Positions 12,770-28,065 of a stretch of DNA of 64,000 nt are shown piece after piece. Numbering within the stretch: position 1 is the first letter of the stretch; every line of letters begins with the position of its first letter. The position numbers were made by a program, and so were the translations under genes. The notes under the pieces are model-generated. The model had not been told where the DNA came from and made no database searches. It saw only the letters and a list, made by a program, of their open reading frames with translations. The DNA comes from Octopus sinensis (lineage: Eukaryota), in the NCBI RefSeq assembly GCF_006345805.1, contig NC_043009.1, positions 53,568,001 to 53,632,000 of the forward strand, read 5' to 3'.

Positions 12770-14080
12770 AATAAAGTGAGGAAGAACGCAGAGGAAATAT
12801 TTGTGGCACAGGTGAATTAATGGATCGTGTCTCGTTATGATGGGAAGGAAATGCATTCTTAATTACAGTTTTGGCAAACTTTGGAATAAAAGCAAGAGAC
12901 GAGATCAAAGAAATGCGATTTAAAAGAAACCCGTAGGGAGATGGCAACCATCCGAAGATAATTAATGTAATGTAATGTTGGTTACCATTATTCAAATTTA
13001 TCAGAACATTTCCGAAAGTAATTCGAACATTTTTCAAGGAAAATGTTCTGCAACTAATTTACATCTATCTTGTCATGTGCCATTTTATATGGTTAATGGC
13101 CCAACGAGAATGGGGTAGAGTTCGGGTTAGTATTCTGCAGAAGTATATTCTCCGATATCAAATTTTCTTTTCAGGGTCGACTTTGTGTTGATTGTATTAT
13201 ATTTTATATTGCAATTGGTAGAAAATAACGTCTTTGGTTCCATGTCTTTCAACAGATCAGTTTCAAAATTCATTGCATTTCTATTCTATTAGCAGTGTAA
13301 ATGACAAGGGTTTTTTTTCTAATTTGTTATGGAACCAAATAGTGTAAAAGGACTAGACATTTCTAGTTATGGACTTTTTGGGTACTAGATATTTCTAGCA
13401 GTTTAATTTGTTAGTGATAGGCATTTCTATGAAAATTACTCGACTTCTTAGGCTTGGATTACCGATTCAATATCTGATTCTTCCCTTCAGATAGAGCCAA
13501 AGTATTCAGGGCGAAATTGCACTAGAAAGAAAATCTTGTGCAATCATTGAGATGTATATAGTTTCTTCCATCAGCTATTTTTTCTTTATATGGTCCAGTG
13601 TAAACCTAAATTAATCGAAGATACATCGAAAAGCGTTTTAGATGTGACCATCCTATAACATTCCTTGAAGCAGAGAAGAACAACATTATCAGACGTTTCT
13701 TTATTGTTTTCGAAGATATTATTATTTGATGGAAATTTTGCTACCCTATCTATCAGATTTAGAGTCTGCTTTACAACTTTACTGTTTTGTTTTTCTATCT
13801 TCGAAACGGTTAAATAAATATAGATACACATAAACTAGACTTGCTAGATATTATTCGTATCTGACTTAATTTGTCATGGTTTATAAGTTAAACTGTGATT
13901 AGTGGTATAACAATCTTTTCGGATGTCCAGAAGCTTCGTACCACAACATAATTTAAACTGATGATGAATCACCAGCAAAACCTGCATTATGGCGGAACCT
14001 GATATATGCCTGATACTGTGGAAATTCATAAGATCATTAAAAAGAAAGAAATCAAAAGAAATGTTGACAATAGACATATT
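12770..14080 (-). mobile_element. Highly decayed Penelope-like RT C-terminus/linker
   Basis: Collinear motifs LLDI..TYKP, VVKQ..IDRV..SNNNIFENNK, IIFGWLPSPY..KF..IKNAFPSHH resemble PLE FLD..TYKPY, IIKQ.P..I..R.S..SSN..IF, IIWFNPPY..KHFP; recognised by eye. Confidence 0.5.
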
Positions 14081-14219
14081 TACTACCGCTGTGGATCTTC
14101 AGCGCAAAACTAGGGAGGAAATGCATACGCAGGCCTTTTGCGTGAAGAGATTAATAGATACTTTAGTGCTGAGTGTACGAATAAGGTGTAATGTTGAATT
14201 CCGTACACATACCTTATAG

Positions 14220-14385
14220 TCTAGGCCGGTGACACTGAAGTTCAAATTCCACCGAGGCTGTCTTTGCCTTTCATCAATTCGGGGTCGATGAAATAAGTAT
14301 TTGTTAAGCACTGGGATCAGTATAATCGACTTACTCTCAACCTCATAATTTCTGGCTTTGTGCTAAAATTTGAAACCGATATTCA
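14220..14385 (+). mobile_element. SINE family B fragment
   Basis: GTTCAAATTCCACCGAGG..CTTTGCCTTTCATC..TTCGGGGTCGAT shared with 21363-21580. Confidence 0.75.
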
Positions 14386-16966
14386 CTCAGACTCCTGTTA
14401 TTGTGAGTTAATAACTCTTCTTGCTCTCCTTTCTTTCCAAACGAGATAAAATAAGGCATCGGCCAAATAAAAGAGCTGATTTCTTTCTTTCTTTCTTTCT
14501 TTCTCACACACATTCTCTCTCTCCCCTAATCTATCACATCGCCTCCAATGCACGAGAAGCGCACATGTGGGGCACTGAATGATTCTTTTTCTTCCATACC
14601 GACCATTATATCGCAATGAAAATATATGGTAATCGACATTTTGACACTTTTCATGTGTGTGTACGTATTATTTACGTACACACACATGAATGCACACGCA
14701 CACACATACACACATATGTATATATTACACACATACACACACATATACATATTTATGTACATATGCTACTTATTTCAATTTCAACATTCTTGCATTTTAT
14801 CTTTCCTTGTTTTTCAAGTAATATTTTGATCACAGTACTGATATTTCCACTCCGGTTTTTCATATTCGATCGATTTGATTTGCTCTCTTTGTCGCAGTGT
14901 ACACGTGTTTCCCAGATGATTGTGTCCCAGTCGTTGTTATATACTGCGTCTGAAATATTTTTATAACTTTTATCAATTTTAATGTCAAACGGTCTAATCG
15001 CTACAACAAGCGACTCAAATCTGTCTGTCATTTTACTCCGACTTGCTAAGCACTGGGCAAGGAAAAAACAAAGTTTTCTTTCTTTTCATATTATTATTAA
15101 TTTCTATCATTATGATATTTTTGTAGCGGTTTATTTTTTGACATAGGTTTAATGCCAAAAAAAAATTTATGCATTTTATCCAGAGTTTTGAGCTATTTTC
15201 ACTTTCTATTTGTTTCCTTTGAAATGTGTTGTAGAGTATTAACTCTATAGTTTTTCTCTGCATTTTTTTTTTCAATATATTCGCGAATTTCATCTTTATT
15301 TTGTCTTTATTAACGTCTCTGTTAAGTAATATTTTCCTTGGGTGCTCTTATTTCTAGTTTTCAATTTCCTCCGTTCTTATAAATAGAGAAAATTATTCCA
15401 TTTTATTCCTCTATTATACTTAAGACAATAACCAATTTTCCTTTACGGGCATCTCAGTATTTGTCCGGTCCCACAGTAGTTATTTAGTAATAACTTTCTA
15501 TTTGCATCACTCATCATCTACTTTGCTACTCTGTGCTGGGTTGCGTACACTCTATCTATATTAGCTTTGGGATGGCAGTTTCAGCGATGTGTTAGTAGTT
15601 TCCTGTCTAGTCACCTCATTTGACGTAATTTCAATTTTATGACCCGTCTATTCCGTTGGAGGTCTGTTACATTTTCGTTTTGTAATTAGCGTTATTTAAT
15701 CTTGCAGCCGACTTTCTTCTGCTCTGCACACTATTTCGTTGACTCTTACTGCCATATACGCATAGATATAGACATCCTTAGCTGTGTGGTCTGTGGTATA
15801 TCTTTGATGTGGCTGTTTATTTCTTTGTATGTATGTGATATTTTGCGTTTCTATTTTATTTTCGATCTAATTCTTTTGTCTTTGTGTCTATTTCTAACTT
15901 GCTATAAGGTCTTGAGTTTTTTTCTTGCGTAGTCGATATTGTGGTATTTTAACTGAGTTTAGGAATCCCATTAATATTATGGGTGACTTCCTCTATTGAG
16001 TTTTTTCTTTCTTTGATACTCGAGTGTTTTCTATGCGGTTGCTTCTTTTCGGATGCCTTCATTGTTTCGTTGATAATTAAGGCGTTGAACTGGTAGAATT
16101 GTTAGCGCATTGGACAAAACATTTCGTGGTATTTTTTCAGTTCTACGTTCTAAGTTCAAATTCCAACGAAGTCGATTTAGTTTTTCGATAAAATAATTAC
16201 CAATCAAATATCGAGATTGGTTGAATCAATTTGCACCTCCTTTCTAAAGTGATGACCTTATGCCAAAATTAGAGATAATTATCTGATAGATTATTATTTT
16301 TTGTATAGTCGATAGCTTTATTTTCAGTGCATATTTTTTCTGTAATTTCGAAGGTGGACACAATTAGCCATTCAAAAATTCACAAAGATTATCATCTTCA
16401 TTTAAACATTTATCATTTGTGCCAAAATTCCGTCTCGCCAACTGTTCAACAGCCATATGTGTCTTCATCGCTGTTATTTCTGTAAGTTTCTCTCATTCAA
16501 ATTTGTAGATACGTATATTTTATTAGAAGTCTAATACATTTGCAAATATATTCGCACTAGCATTTTCCTGATTTCCTTCTTCTTGTCTTTCTCCCTATAT
16601 TCAAAATGCTTTTGATATCTATTAGAAATGATACACTGCATGGTAGTGCTCATTGGTCTCACCGTTCCTTTTAATTTTATTGTTACTTTGGAGCCTAGAT
16701 TCAAGATATGGAACATTCTGCTCGAGAGTAACCTATTGAGGAACCAACGTGTTACATTATTTTCAATTCGTGATCATATTAACCCAGTCACAGGCAACCG
16801 ACGGCTCACAGGACATTGTGAATGGAACGCCTAAGGAAAAATTACCGTAAAAAATTTTAATAGCGCAGCTCGCCTGATGATATGCCATACCTAATCCGGT
16901 CCGCTTCTTGAAAATGGTTGCCCATACCTGAATGGACCTGAAGCTATGGCATTCAACATCAACATA

Positions 16967-17184
16967 CGAAGATGCGCTGAAAAGTTTTTGGCTTTGCGTA
17001 AAAGAAAATAAAAAAGGATCAGTTAATTATGATTTTATTCAACATATTACCCCTCTGAAATTCACACATTTATTGCAGCAGTCCTTCAGGATTTTCTAAG
17101 CCCTGTAAAATAACTCGGATGTTTGGCCTCCAGTCAGGCCTTTTGCTATACTCTTAAAACGAGGAAATTTTCAGCAAAAAGTCG
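16967..17184 (-). mobile_element. Non-autonomous mariner-type MITE
   Basis: TA-flanked TIRs; reverse-complement homolog of 3204-3412. Confidence 0.75.
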
Positions 17185-17241
17185 TAAGTCCAAACCAGGC
17201 CAGTGGCGCTTTGCCACTGTTTGATCTATGCAGGTTTCTGT

Positions 17242-17545
17242 GGAGGTGCATGGCCTAGTGGTTAGAGCAGCGGACTCGCGGTCGAGAGATCGCGGGTTCG
17301 AATCTCAGACTGGGCGATGTGTGTGTTTATGAGCGAAACACCTAAGCTCCTCGCAGCTCCGGCAGAAGGTAATGGCGAACTTCTATTGATTCTTTCACCA
17401 CAACTTTCTCTCATTCTTCCCTCCTGCTTCTTGCAGCCCACCTGTGACGGACCGGCGTCCCGGCCAGGTGGGGAACCTGCGATGGACCGGCGTCCTGTCC
17501 AGGTGAGGAACCTCTACGCCAAGGAAACCGGGGAAACCGCTATGA
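17242..17545 (+). mobile_element. tRNA-derived SINE (family A), full length, with internal 35-bp duplication
   Basis: A-box TGGCCTAGTGG, B-box GGGTTCGAATCT; G(T/C)GA(C/T)GGACCGGCGTCC..CCAGGTG.GGAACCT present twice. Confidence 0.88.
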
Positions 17546-18239
17546 CGGACGTGTACAAGCGAACTCCGTGCGAAGTTGGATTAAATCTGTGATCATTGGC
17601 AAACAGGATTTAAGAAGCAGTAAAAATAGGAAAGAAAATTGTTTCTTAATGTAAATCATTTCAGGATGCTGAAATATTTCTCTCCTACATGAAATATAGT
17701 TGCTGTCAGGCATGATGTCACAGAGAGACAGACGTGTGTGGAAATGTAAACAACACATCGTGATGGGATTTTTCTATACAAGAATTGAACCAATACGCGA
17801 AAATGCCATGTCACTACAGAAAAAAAATGTGAGTACAAATAATAATCGTATACGCAGTCTCGTTTCTACACAAATACATATAAATGTAAATTTTATGTTT
17901 CACACATGCACCCGTACATGTCGTACATAAACAAGACAACGAAGAAGACAGAGTTTAACCAAATTATATGAGACAAATAATAATAGCAATAAATATAAAA
18001 GCCTCATTTTAAGTAGAGTCAAAATAACAGATATGCTCGGTAGCAAAATTTTGAAAAGAAATACAAAGCTGCTATAAAATAACAACAGTTGGAGTAGCAA
18101 AGAACTTAGAAACAAAGAGGGGAAGACTACTACATGTGGTAAAGTAACATGAGAAAAAGAAAACGCTTTTCTCTGCGCACAAGGAGGCGACAAAATACAA
18201 AACAGAAGCAAACTACACTGACACACTGACCTCAGAGGA

Positions 18240-19010
18240 CAACATAGCAGAAATGGTCAAAAAGGGACAAAAAACATGAAAGCTGAATTACAAAATATAC
18301 TGAAGAAGAAATGGAGTGAAAAGTTACTTCAATGCCAGTAGCCTGCAAGGCTTGACATAGGGGACGTAAGCCTAAAGAAAAGCCAATAATGGCTGAAGAG
18401 CTCTGGACTAAAAGCCGAAATGAAAGGACTGATTCTCGCTGCACAAAACTAATGCCTGATTCCAAACAATTATAAAAACAAAATAGTGAAACCAGGTCTC
18501 AACATCAAATGCAGAATGTGCAACTAGCACAATGTGACAGGTGACCACATCATCTCGGGCTTCCCAGTCCTTGTCAAGTCTGAATATGTATACGGACACA
18601 AAGTAAGCAATATGCCAAAATTACAGCGTCAAAATTCACAGAAGATGGCATAAGCATGAACCAAGCTGGGTACAAGATAACAATCAGGCTGCAATCGTCT
18701 GGGATATGCTGATTCAAACCGACAAAGAAATTAAAGCTAATCGCCTAGACATAACAGTCAAGGGTTGGGGAAAACACACCTGATTGCTGATAGACATTGC
18801 AGTTCCTTCTGATCAAAATATTGCACAAAGAACACGAAATTGAAGTATTCAAAATGTGAGGCATGAAGGTAAAAAAATAATAATTTGAGCATTGAACATG
18901 ATTAAAAAATCATATGGACAAAGATGTAGACGATGTACCTGGATCCTCAATCCTGCACTGTGGCCAAAAAATGGCCCTGCTAGAGCCAGCCTACATCCTA
19001 CACAAGACAC
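18240..19010 (+). mobile_element. R4/Dong-type (RLE-clade) non-LTR retrotransposon 3' ORF remnant
   Basis: Translated with stops and frameshifts: WLKSSGLKAE..LILAAQ, CRMC..DHIISG (CCHC-like), IVWDMLIQTDKEIKANR.DI, LLIDIAVPSD, ILHKTLSI. Confidence 0.8.
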
Positions 19011-19329
19011 TATCAATTCGATAATACAACCTAAAACAAAACAATCCTCAAACACAAGACACTCTATAGAGCATTTATTCTGTGAAATAAACTTCCATCA
19101 GCAAGTCAAAAACAAAAGCATTGCACACTCGATACACAATGCACGCAACAAAAGACAGGGCCACACCTCAGGGAGTAAAAAAACTAACACAATGCAGTAC
19201 TGGGAAGAATTCGAACACTGCCAACAGCAGATAAGAACGCAAAATGCTGCATACACCTCAGCAACACGGATGTGTAGCAGGTAAGGCAGTAGAAATTTGC
19301 CTCAGTCTATCAAATATTAAGCAGTTGTA

Positions 19330-20070
<741 letters not shown>

Positions 20071-20184
20071 GTACCAGGTAGTGGTTCTCATGGCTTCTGA
20101 TCTTAACTGATTGGAAGTGTTATCATGTACATTGTTTTGTTTTGGTATAAAATATGGGCTACAGTAAATATTCTGCTTAATACC

Positions 20185-20413
20185 TATTTCTTTATTACCC
20201 ACAAGGGGCTAAACACAGAGGGGACAAACAAGGACAGACATAGGTATTAAGTCGATTACATCGACCCCAGGGCGTAACTGGTACTTAATTAATCGACCCC
20301 GAAAGGATGAAAGAAAAAGTCGACCTCGGCGGAATTTGAACTCAGAATGTAACGGCAGAGGAAATACGGCTACGCAATTCGTCCGACGTGCTAACGTTTC
20401 TGCCAGCTCGCCC
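20185..20413 (-). mobile_element. tRNA-derived SINE (family B)
   Basis: Reverse complement GGCGAGCTGGCAGAAACGTTAGCACG...GTTCAAATTCCGCCGAGGTCGAC. Confidence 0.85.
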
Positions 20414-20424
20414 ACAGATATGCA

Positions 20425-20845
20425 TGTCAGTTATTTGACTTTAACCAGTCGAGCATGTCCCTTGGTGGCTGACAATATGTGCATCTCTGATTATGAGCAG
20501 AAGTAGTGGGGGAGCATCATAGCCGTGTGTTGAAAGGAATTCTTAGAGACTTGGATAATTCACCTTTGGGGTGGTTCGTTCAACATCCTTAAACACTCCA
20601 TTTTCAGGGACCTCTTGAGTGGAATGGGCTACTTGACCAGAAGAAAATTCTAACTGGGCCCCACCTGCAAGATCATGTGCTGTTTATCTTGATATGAGAT
20701 CACCATGTCACGCATATATGGTTGTGATGCATGTGCCTGGTGTACCCTTATCAGACGGGTAGTCATGATGGGTATACTGGTCTTCGTATATTTTACCCCA
20801 GTGTCACTTTGATGGCATGCACTGCTCTTTCACTCAATAATAATG

Positions 20846-20900
<55 letters not shown>
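20425..20900 (+). repeat. Unclassified retroposon-like segment ending in (TAA)n tail
   Basis: Higher-complexity block terminating in CACTCAATAATAAT...; family not identified. Confidence 0.4.
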
Positions 20901-20926
<26 letters not shown>

Positions 20927-21257
20927 CAACAACATCAACAATAAAGAAAGCGACAATAATCATTTAAAAGTTTGACTGAAGGCCAGTTTTTTCTTCTTTG
21001 TGAAAGTCCATCCTCTGGTTGCACGTCGCTATCCCCAGCCGGCGCTTCTACTGCCGGTTCCTGCAAGAGTGTGTGTATGTCTCTGTCCCAGTGGTATGCT
21101 TTTGTCGCCGGGTCTCGGATGTCAAACTCGTGACAGAGGCTGTTTTCGTAAATGTTTCTTGGGACTATTCATTGGCGAGGTCGTAATAACAATGACGATG
21201 ATGATGATGATGATGATGATGATGACGATGATGATGATGATGATGATGATGATGGTA

Positions 21258-21312
<55 letters not shown>

Positions 21313-21362
21313 CGACGACGATGTTGAAGTTATTATTATTATTGTTGTTGTTGTTATTACTA

Positions 21363-21580
21363 TGGCGGCGAGCGGGCAGAATTGTTAGCAAGCACGTCGA
21401 AATGCTTTCAGGTATTTCGTCCGTCGCTACGTTCTGAGTACAAATTTCGCCGAGGTCGACTTTTGCCTTTTCACCCTTTCGGGGTCTATAAATTAAGTAC
21501 CAGTGAAACACTGGAGGTTGATGTAATCGTCTCATCCCTTCCCTCCAAATCGCTATCTTAGTGGCAAAATTTGAAACCAC
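21363..21580 (+). mobile_element. tRNA-derived SINE (family B)
   Basis: GGCGGCGAGCGGGCAGAATTGTTAGC...CGCCGAGGTCGACTTTTGCC...AATTAAGTACCAG. Confidence 0.85.
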
Positions 21581-21597
21581 TATTATTATTATATTAC

Positions 21598-21628
<31 letters not shown>

Positions 21629-21682
21629 TATTATATTTTATTATTATTATATTATTATATATTATTATTATCATTATCATTA

Positions 21683-21734
<52 letters not shown>

Positions 21735-21868
21735 CCGCCGAGATTAACTTTGCCTTTCAGCCTTTCGGGGTCGATAAACTAAGTACCAGTGAAACACTGG
21801 GGTGGATATAATCGACCAGTCTCCTCCCCACAAAAATTTCAGGCCTTGTCTACAATAGAAAGCATTCT
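21735..21868 (+). mobile_element. SINE family B, 3' fragment
   Basis: CCGCCGAGATTAACTTTGCCTTTCAGCCTTTCGGGGTCGATAA. Confidence 0.75.
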
Positions 21869-21879
21869 TATTATTATCA

Positions 21880-21936
<57 letters not shown>

Positions 21937-22147
21937 TATTATTACTTTTTTTTCTTCTTTCAAATTTGCTTCCATTTCTTGCCGAGTGTCCTCCCGACTC
22001 CTAGGGCAAAGAAACTCATAGTATACATTGGTAAGCCATTAAACCAAACTCAGTAGTTCCTTCATTTTTTTTTTTTTTTTTTTTAAGTTAAATTAAAATA
22101 CATGAGCAGCAACAGTTCTCACATCGACAATGCTCTTCTCAATACGT

Positions 22148-22185
<38 letters not shown>

Positions 22186-23149
22186 GTTATTGTTATTATT
22201 ATTATCATCATTATTATTATTATTAGTAGTAGTAGTAGCAGTAGTAGGAGTAGTAGTAGTCATGGTCGTAATACTAGTGGTGTTACTATTATCGCTATCA
22301 TCGTCGTTGTTGTTGTCATCACTATCATCATCATCATCAACATCAACAGCAGCAGCATCAAGCCCCCACCTCACCCATTTTTGTTACAGTCTTTCCACGC
22401 CAATAATTATGTAAAGTTGTCAGACAGTAGCGATATTTTGTCTGTCAATTACTCATAAAACTTAAAAAGTAAAAGCAAAAATAGAATTAAAAATGAAATT
22501 AAAAGCCATTTGAAACGATTATTGAATTTCATTAATAGAAGTAGCTGGGACAATCATCTCTCTCCCCTCTCTCCCGCTCTCTTTCTTTTTTTTTCTCTCT
22601 CTCTGTCTCTCTGTCTCTCTCGTTCTCTTGAGAGAGAACATGGTACAGATTTTAATATATGATGGAATTGAGTTGAATTGATTAAAGTTCCTGAAAACGA
22701 AGTGAAGCAGGAATTCTCTAGATGAAGTTTTATTGGTAAGTGAATTCACTAGTTTTATATAGATGAGAAGAAATCAGTTTAAACTGGAAAGATTTCTTAG
22801 CTATTGATGTCATCAAATTTCAACCACGATATCACGATATTTTATTAAATTTCTTTTGATTTTCGATGCGTGTTAAAATTCTTTCAAATGAAAGATTTTC
22901 AACGAAAATCTTAAGCTAAATTGAATTAAACAGCCAACCCTTCCCCCCATCGGCATCCTCCTAAACCATCAATTCCGAACTCCGTCGCCAGACAGTCTGT
23001 GATCTATGTACTGATGTACTGAAATATCATCGTTGACCTACACTTCCCATAGAAGTAACAAAAGCTACAACGACAAGCTTTTACATTTATGGTTGTCATT
23101 GGTTTTTATCACGGTTGAGTTACAAAGAGTTTGCTGCAGAAGAGATTGT

Positions 23150-23181
23150 CACTCTTACTCCTACTACTACTACTACTACTA

Positions 23182-23218
<37 letters not shown>

Positions 23219-23272
23219 GTTGCGGTTATTGCTGTTTTTGCTGCCGCTGTTGTTGCTGCTGCGGCTTCTACA

Positions 23273-23347
<75 letters not shown>

Positions 23348-23399
23348 GTTGTTGCAGCTATTGCTGCAGTTGCCGCTGTAGCTGCTGCTACTACTACTA

Positions 23400-23433
<34 letters not shown>

Positions 23434-23513
23434 CAATACCACAACCACCACCACTACTACTACCACTACTACTACTATTGTTGCAGCTATGACTGCAGTT
23501 GCCGCTGTAGCAG

Positions 23514-23546
<33 letters not shown>

Positions 23547-24230
23547 ATACTACCTCCACCACCATAGCCGCCACTACTACCACAAACAGAATCATCATCA
23601 TCATCTCCATTATCAGCACCACCGCCATCACCGTCATCATCATGGAAATACAACTAACTTAAACCCTGTTTCGAAACCAGTACTACCAAGAACAACAACG
23701 ATCACCGACATCGCAGCCATAAGCACCACGATCACCACTATGACAACCATCATCACCTCAACCCCCCACTTCGATAATCATGATCACACTATCAATACCA
23801 TGGTTACTAAAAGTACATCCTAAACCACCTCCCCCCATCTTTACAACCAGCACCATCACGACAGCACCCAAGGCCATCAGGACAATCACTACCACAACCA
23901 CCACCACATTTAGAGTCACATAATTACCCACTGTCTTCACTATTATTATAAGAATTGTCACAGCCAACAGCACAAGCATTATCCGAACCATCCCACCCTC
24001 AAGCACAATCGCCCCCCAAAAAAACCTACATCACCATGACAATCATCACCATAACCACAATCACCAGCATCACCTCAATCAACATTGTTATCACACTCAC
24101 CAATATAACTACTAATCAACAACCGTGCCACCAATTATTTCCTTTTCCAAATCCTGTATTTTGAAACAAAGCCTTCGTTACATCATCATTAACACCGCTA
24201 CTTCCCCATCATCATCATCATCATCATCCT
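23150..24230. repeat. Mixed (ACT)n/(AAT)n/(GCT)n/(ACC)n/(ATC)n low-complexity region
   Basis: Direct reading. Confidence 0.9.
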
Positions 24231-25820
24231 GATTCGCTGCCAGGCTTAAAATGAAACACAGATGAACGTGTTGTTTCACTTTCTGGTTCCGTGTGTTTCA
24301 TACCTGGCCTGTGAGGCTATTTGCAGTTGTTCTAATTTTAAACTGAACTCGCTTGGTTTTTAGGATTTCATCTCAGTTGAAATGTTGGGTTAGAAAACGT
24401 TGTGGAGCTTCTCCGTCAGATTTTGACGCGCGGGTTCATTATTATCAAAGATAATTCGTCAGAATATTTGTTTTTAAATAGGACTTGCCGGTTTTCTATA
24501 AACATTAAAGCTTTTGCGGTTTGTTTTATAGTTCCATCAGAAAATTACTATAAAAAATTATATCTGAAATCCTTCAAAGCATTTTTTAGAGTAATTTATT
24601 TTCTTTTTAGTAAATCTGTTTGAAAATCATCTATTCATATTCCATATGATCATCTCTGTATATCTCTATTCGAAATAGGCGGTTATATAACAGAATGTTC
24701 TTTCTTTCTTTCTTTCTTTCTTTCTTGTGTGAATATGCAACTAAGGTGGATTCACAGTCTGATGGAACCCGCTCCCCTGACGACGTGCAGCTATACATAT
24801 TCTGTTGGATCATATTAACGCGAGAATGTGTATAATATGTGGAACACTCAGCAATTACCAGCTGATACTAATGCATAGAAACAATTGCAGTGATATGCAT
24901 TAAAGCTTGTTCAATCCACCTTTTATGAAAATTCTTTCTATGTACTGTACAGATATTAACGGATTTCCATATGAGTATATTCTAAAAGGATAATTCTTAC
25001 TGTACGATAGCATATGATAGCCAATATTCGTGGAGAAGCTCTGTAAAACATGCTATGAGTTTATAACTTATTTACTCTGTAAAGCAGGCTATAAGATGAT
25101 GTTAAATATATAAGGAGTGGGTGGTGTGTGTGTATGTTTGTGTGTATGTGTGTGTGCGTGTGTAACTATGTATTTGTGTGTGTGTGTGAGAGAGGACAAT
25201 TGTTTGGTGTCTCGAGAGTGTTACTAGTTTACAGAAAATTTTGTACAACCTGCTGCACGTTCCGATGACCAGCGTCGAAAGCGATAAGGCCTCTAGGCTT
25301 GTCTAGTCAGGAGAGCTGCTGGAAATCCGGTAGGACTAAAAACAAGACCTGTCAAAAGAACGGGTTATTAGCTAGCAATTGCACGTGTTCTCAGATACTC
25401 TGGGCTGGTTTCCAGACAGCTTTGAGACAATTGGGAGTGAGGTACGCTTCAGATTTTATCAAAGCATGTCTCTAGGAGATATATACATGCAAATTTACAG
25501 GGAATGACGTTGACCATTTCCGGGATCATTTGCTGTTGCATGGGAACATGGCGCTCCCATATTCTTGAGCCTGCAACGCATATTGGCACTGGATATCTTG
25601 CCGTGGCTTGGCCTGTATCATGTCAATAGGGTGGAATGTGTAAGCCTTGTTGGACCTAATATTTTAGGCAGCGCAATCGCTGGAGAGCCGACTTTCTAAT
25701 GCCCAAGTCGTGACGGAATGAGCCATGGCGAAGATGGAAGGGCATAGGAAGCCGACCGCAGGCAGCGATGACATTTTACATGGTCAATAGACACTGGTGG
25801 TATTCAATGGTCACGAGTAC

Positions 25821-25859
<39 letters not shown>

Positions 25860-25866
25860 TATATAC

Positions 25867-25910
<44 letters not shown>

Positions 25911-25931
25911 GGTGGGGTGCGTGTGCGCGTG

Positions 25932-25962
<31 letters not shown>

Positions 25963-26153
25963 GTATATATATATGTTTATATATAGATACCGATATATAT
26001 ATATGTATATATATACATATATATATATACCGATGTATATGCATATAGATACGTATATTACATATGTATATGTATATATATACACATGCATATATATATA
26101 TACATGTATATATATATACATATATATATATATATAAACATATATATATATAC

Positions 26154-26241
<88 letters not shown>

Positions 26242-26954
26242 ATGTATGTATATATATATATGATTCCTCTGTGATAATTGTATTAGTCAACTTTTAGGAG
26301 ATATCTTAATGAAGAACATTTCGAAGGTGCAAATATATCAGCTACGATTATAAATATTTCTGCGTCACGAAACTGCGTTTCTATTGCCTGCTCGGCTTTG
26401 CAAGCAGTTCACCTAGTTGCGTCATTAGCCAGAAGCGAATCCTGAAGTCACAAATTTTACTCAGATTAAATGTACTCGCGACAGTCAAGTCACGAGGTAT
26501 TAAAATTTGGCGAAGCTTCATAAATATTCGGCTCACCCATAATCAGTGGCAGTAAATTCACCAAAGTGCATCAGCAAACATTGTGAAAGCAATATTTAAG
26601 ACTGTAAATGTTAAGTTATTCGTCAAAATACATTAAGTTTAATGGAGCACTTTCGGAGCTACATGTTTTAGAATACCAAATTTTAAAATTTCGTCATTTG
26701 ACTTTCTTGGTATATTTTAATCTGGATTGAATCAACATTTCCATTATCCAATTTCTAACTGGGGATACACATAGTTTTAGCTGGATAATTTATAAAAACT
26801 TTCTAGATCGCAGAAGCATGGTTTCGTAACTTTCATGTCATTTCTATTGATAAAGTGTTCACACTGTTTTGTATATTTGTTTGGCTTTTATTTTTTTGTC
26901 AATCGTTAGACAACCTGTGGACTGAAGTTTTATAGATATCTTTCTAAGCTATAC

Positions 26955-27371
26955 TCTTTTACTCTTTTTACTCTTTTACTTGTTTCAGTCATTTGACTGC
27001 GGCCATGCTGGAGCACCGCCTTTAATCGAGCAACTCGACTCCGGGACTTATTCTTTTGTAAGCCCAGTACTTATTCTATCGGTCTCTTTTGCCGAACCGG
27101 TAAGTAATGGGGACATAAACACACCAGCATCGGTTGTCAAGCAATGCTAGGAGGACAAACACAGACACACAAACACACACACGCATATATATATACATAC
27201 ATATATACGACGGGCTTCTTTCAGTTTCCGTCTACCAAATCCACTCACAAGGCATTGGTCGGCCCGGGGCTATAGCAGAAGGCACTTGCCCAAGATGTCA
27301 CGCAGTGGGACTGAACCCGGAACCATGTGGTTTGTTAGCAAGCTACTTATCACACAGCCACTCCTGCGCCT
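26955..27371 (-). mobile_element. tRNA-derived SINE (family C), full length
   Basis: Reverse complement AGGCGCAGGAGTGGCTGTGTG..TAAGTAGCTTGC...GGGTTCAGTCCC...; tail (AAAGAGTA)n. Confidence 0.9.
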
Positions 27372-27667
27372 GAAATAATTTCTTAATGTATGTTGACAAA
27401 TAACCTTGCATTTATGCTTGCTGGAAATCAACTTACGACAGAGCAAAGCATCTCTTAAATTCAGTATGTATATACAAATATTCCGAGAGTTCTGAGCGGC
27501 GTCTATTTGTTTTGAATGGGTAAAATGTGGCTCAGCAGTAATTCCACTTTTCAGTGCAATCAATTATAAAACCAGTAGCACAACAGGGACTCAGACGACC
27601 AGCATCCAACTACCTGCACTTCGGGATATTTATATGAGAGTATCTTCTCCTAGAAGGAATTTTCTAA

Positions 27668-28065
27668 TCTTTATATATAACAGTAAGGTTGTGTGTCTGT
27701 CTCCTACGATTTAGATTCCTAACTACTCCCACATTTTGCGGTGCAGTTTAACCAAAACCGGGTATCTTATAGTCGTGATTCATATCGAGCCCTTCTGGGT
27801 ATTAGTGCGCGTCTACAATGAGTCTACGATTTAAAAAATAATTTACCATAATTTTTTTCCATTTTAATGCATTTTTTTCGCTATTATATAAGGGAAGTAA
27901 CCCTCTAAAAATGTCTACGATGAGTCAACGATTTAAAAAAAAAATTACCATCATTTTTTTTCCATTTTTAATGCATTGTTTTGCTATTTTTTGGCTATAA
28001 CTCTCTAAAAATACTTTATAGTTATTTCCCTTACAAACCCGAGCAACGCCGGGCGATACTGCTAG
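27668..28065 (+). mobile_element. Non-autonomous Helitron
   Basis: A|TC 5' end, CCCG-A-GC-AAC-GC-CGGG hairpin 8 nt before CTAG|T; internal ~75-bp duplication. Confidence 0.8.

Noticed and set aside
13606-13798. Candidate adhesion-GPCR exon (AG...GT bounded, open frame)
   Set aside because: The peptide and its flanks align collinearly with PLE RT-thumb and linker motifs.
17242-17315. tRNA gene
   Set aside because: A and B boxes are present but no complete cloverleaf; it continues into a SINE body seen in multiple copies.
18393-18420. CTGAAGA...GCCGAAA hammerhead-like string
   Set aside because: It lies in LINE coding sequence (WLKSSGLKAE) and has no stem I, stem III or NUH.
24415-24466. Minus-strand CTGACGA plus ATTATC/GATAAT hairpin
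   Set aside because: It is followed by AATGAAC rather than GAAA, and stem I is only 2 bp.
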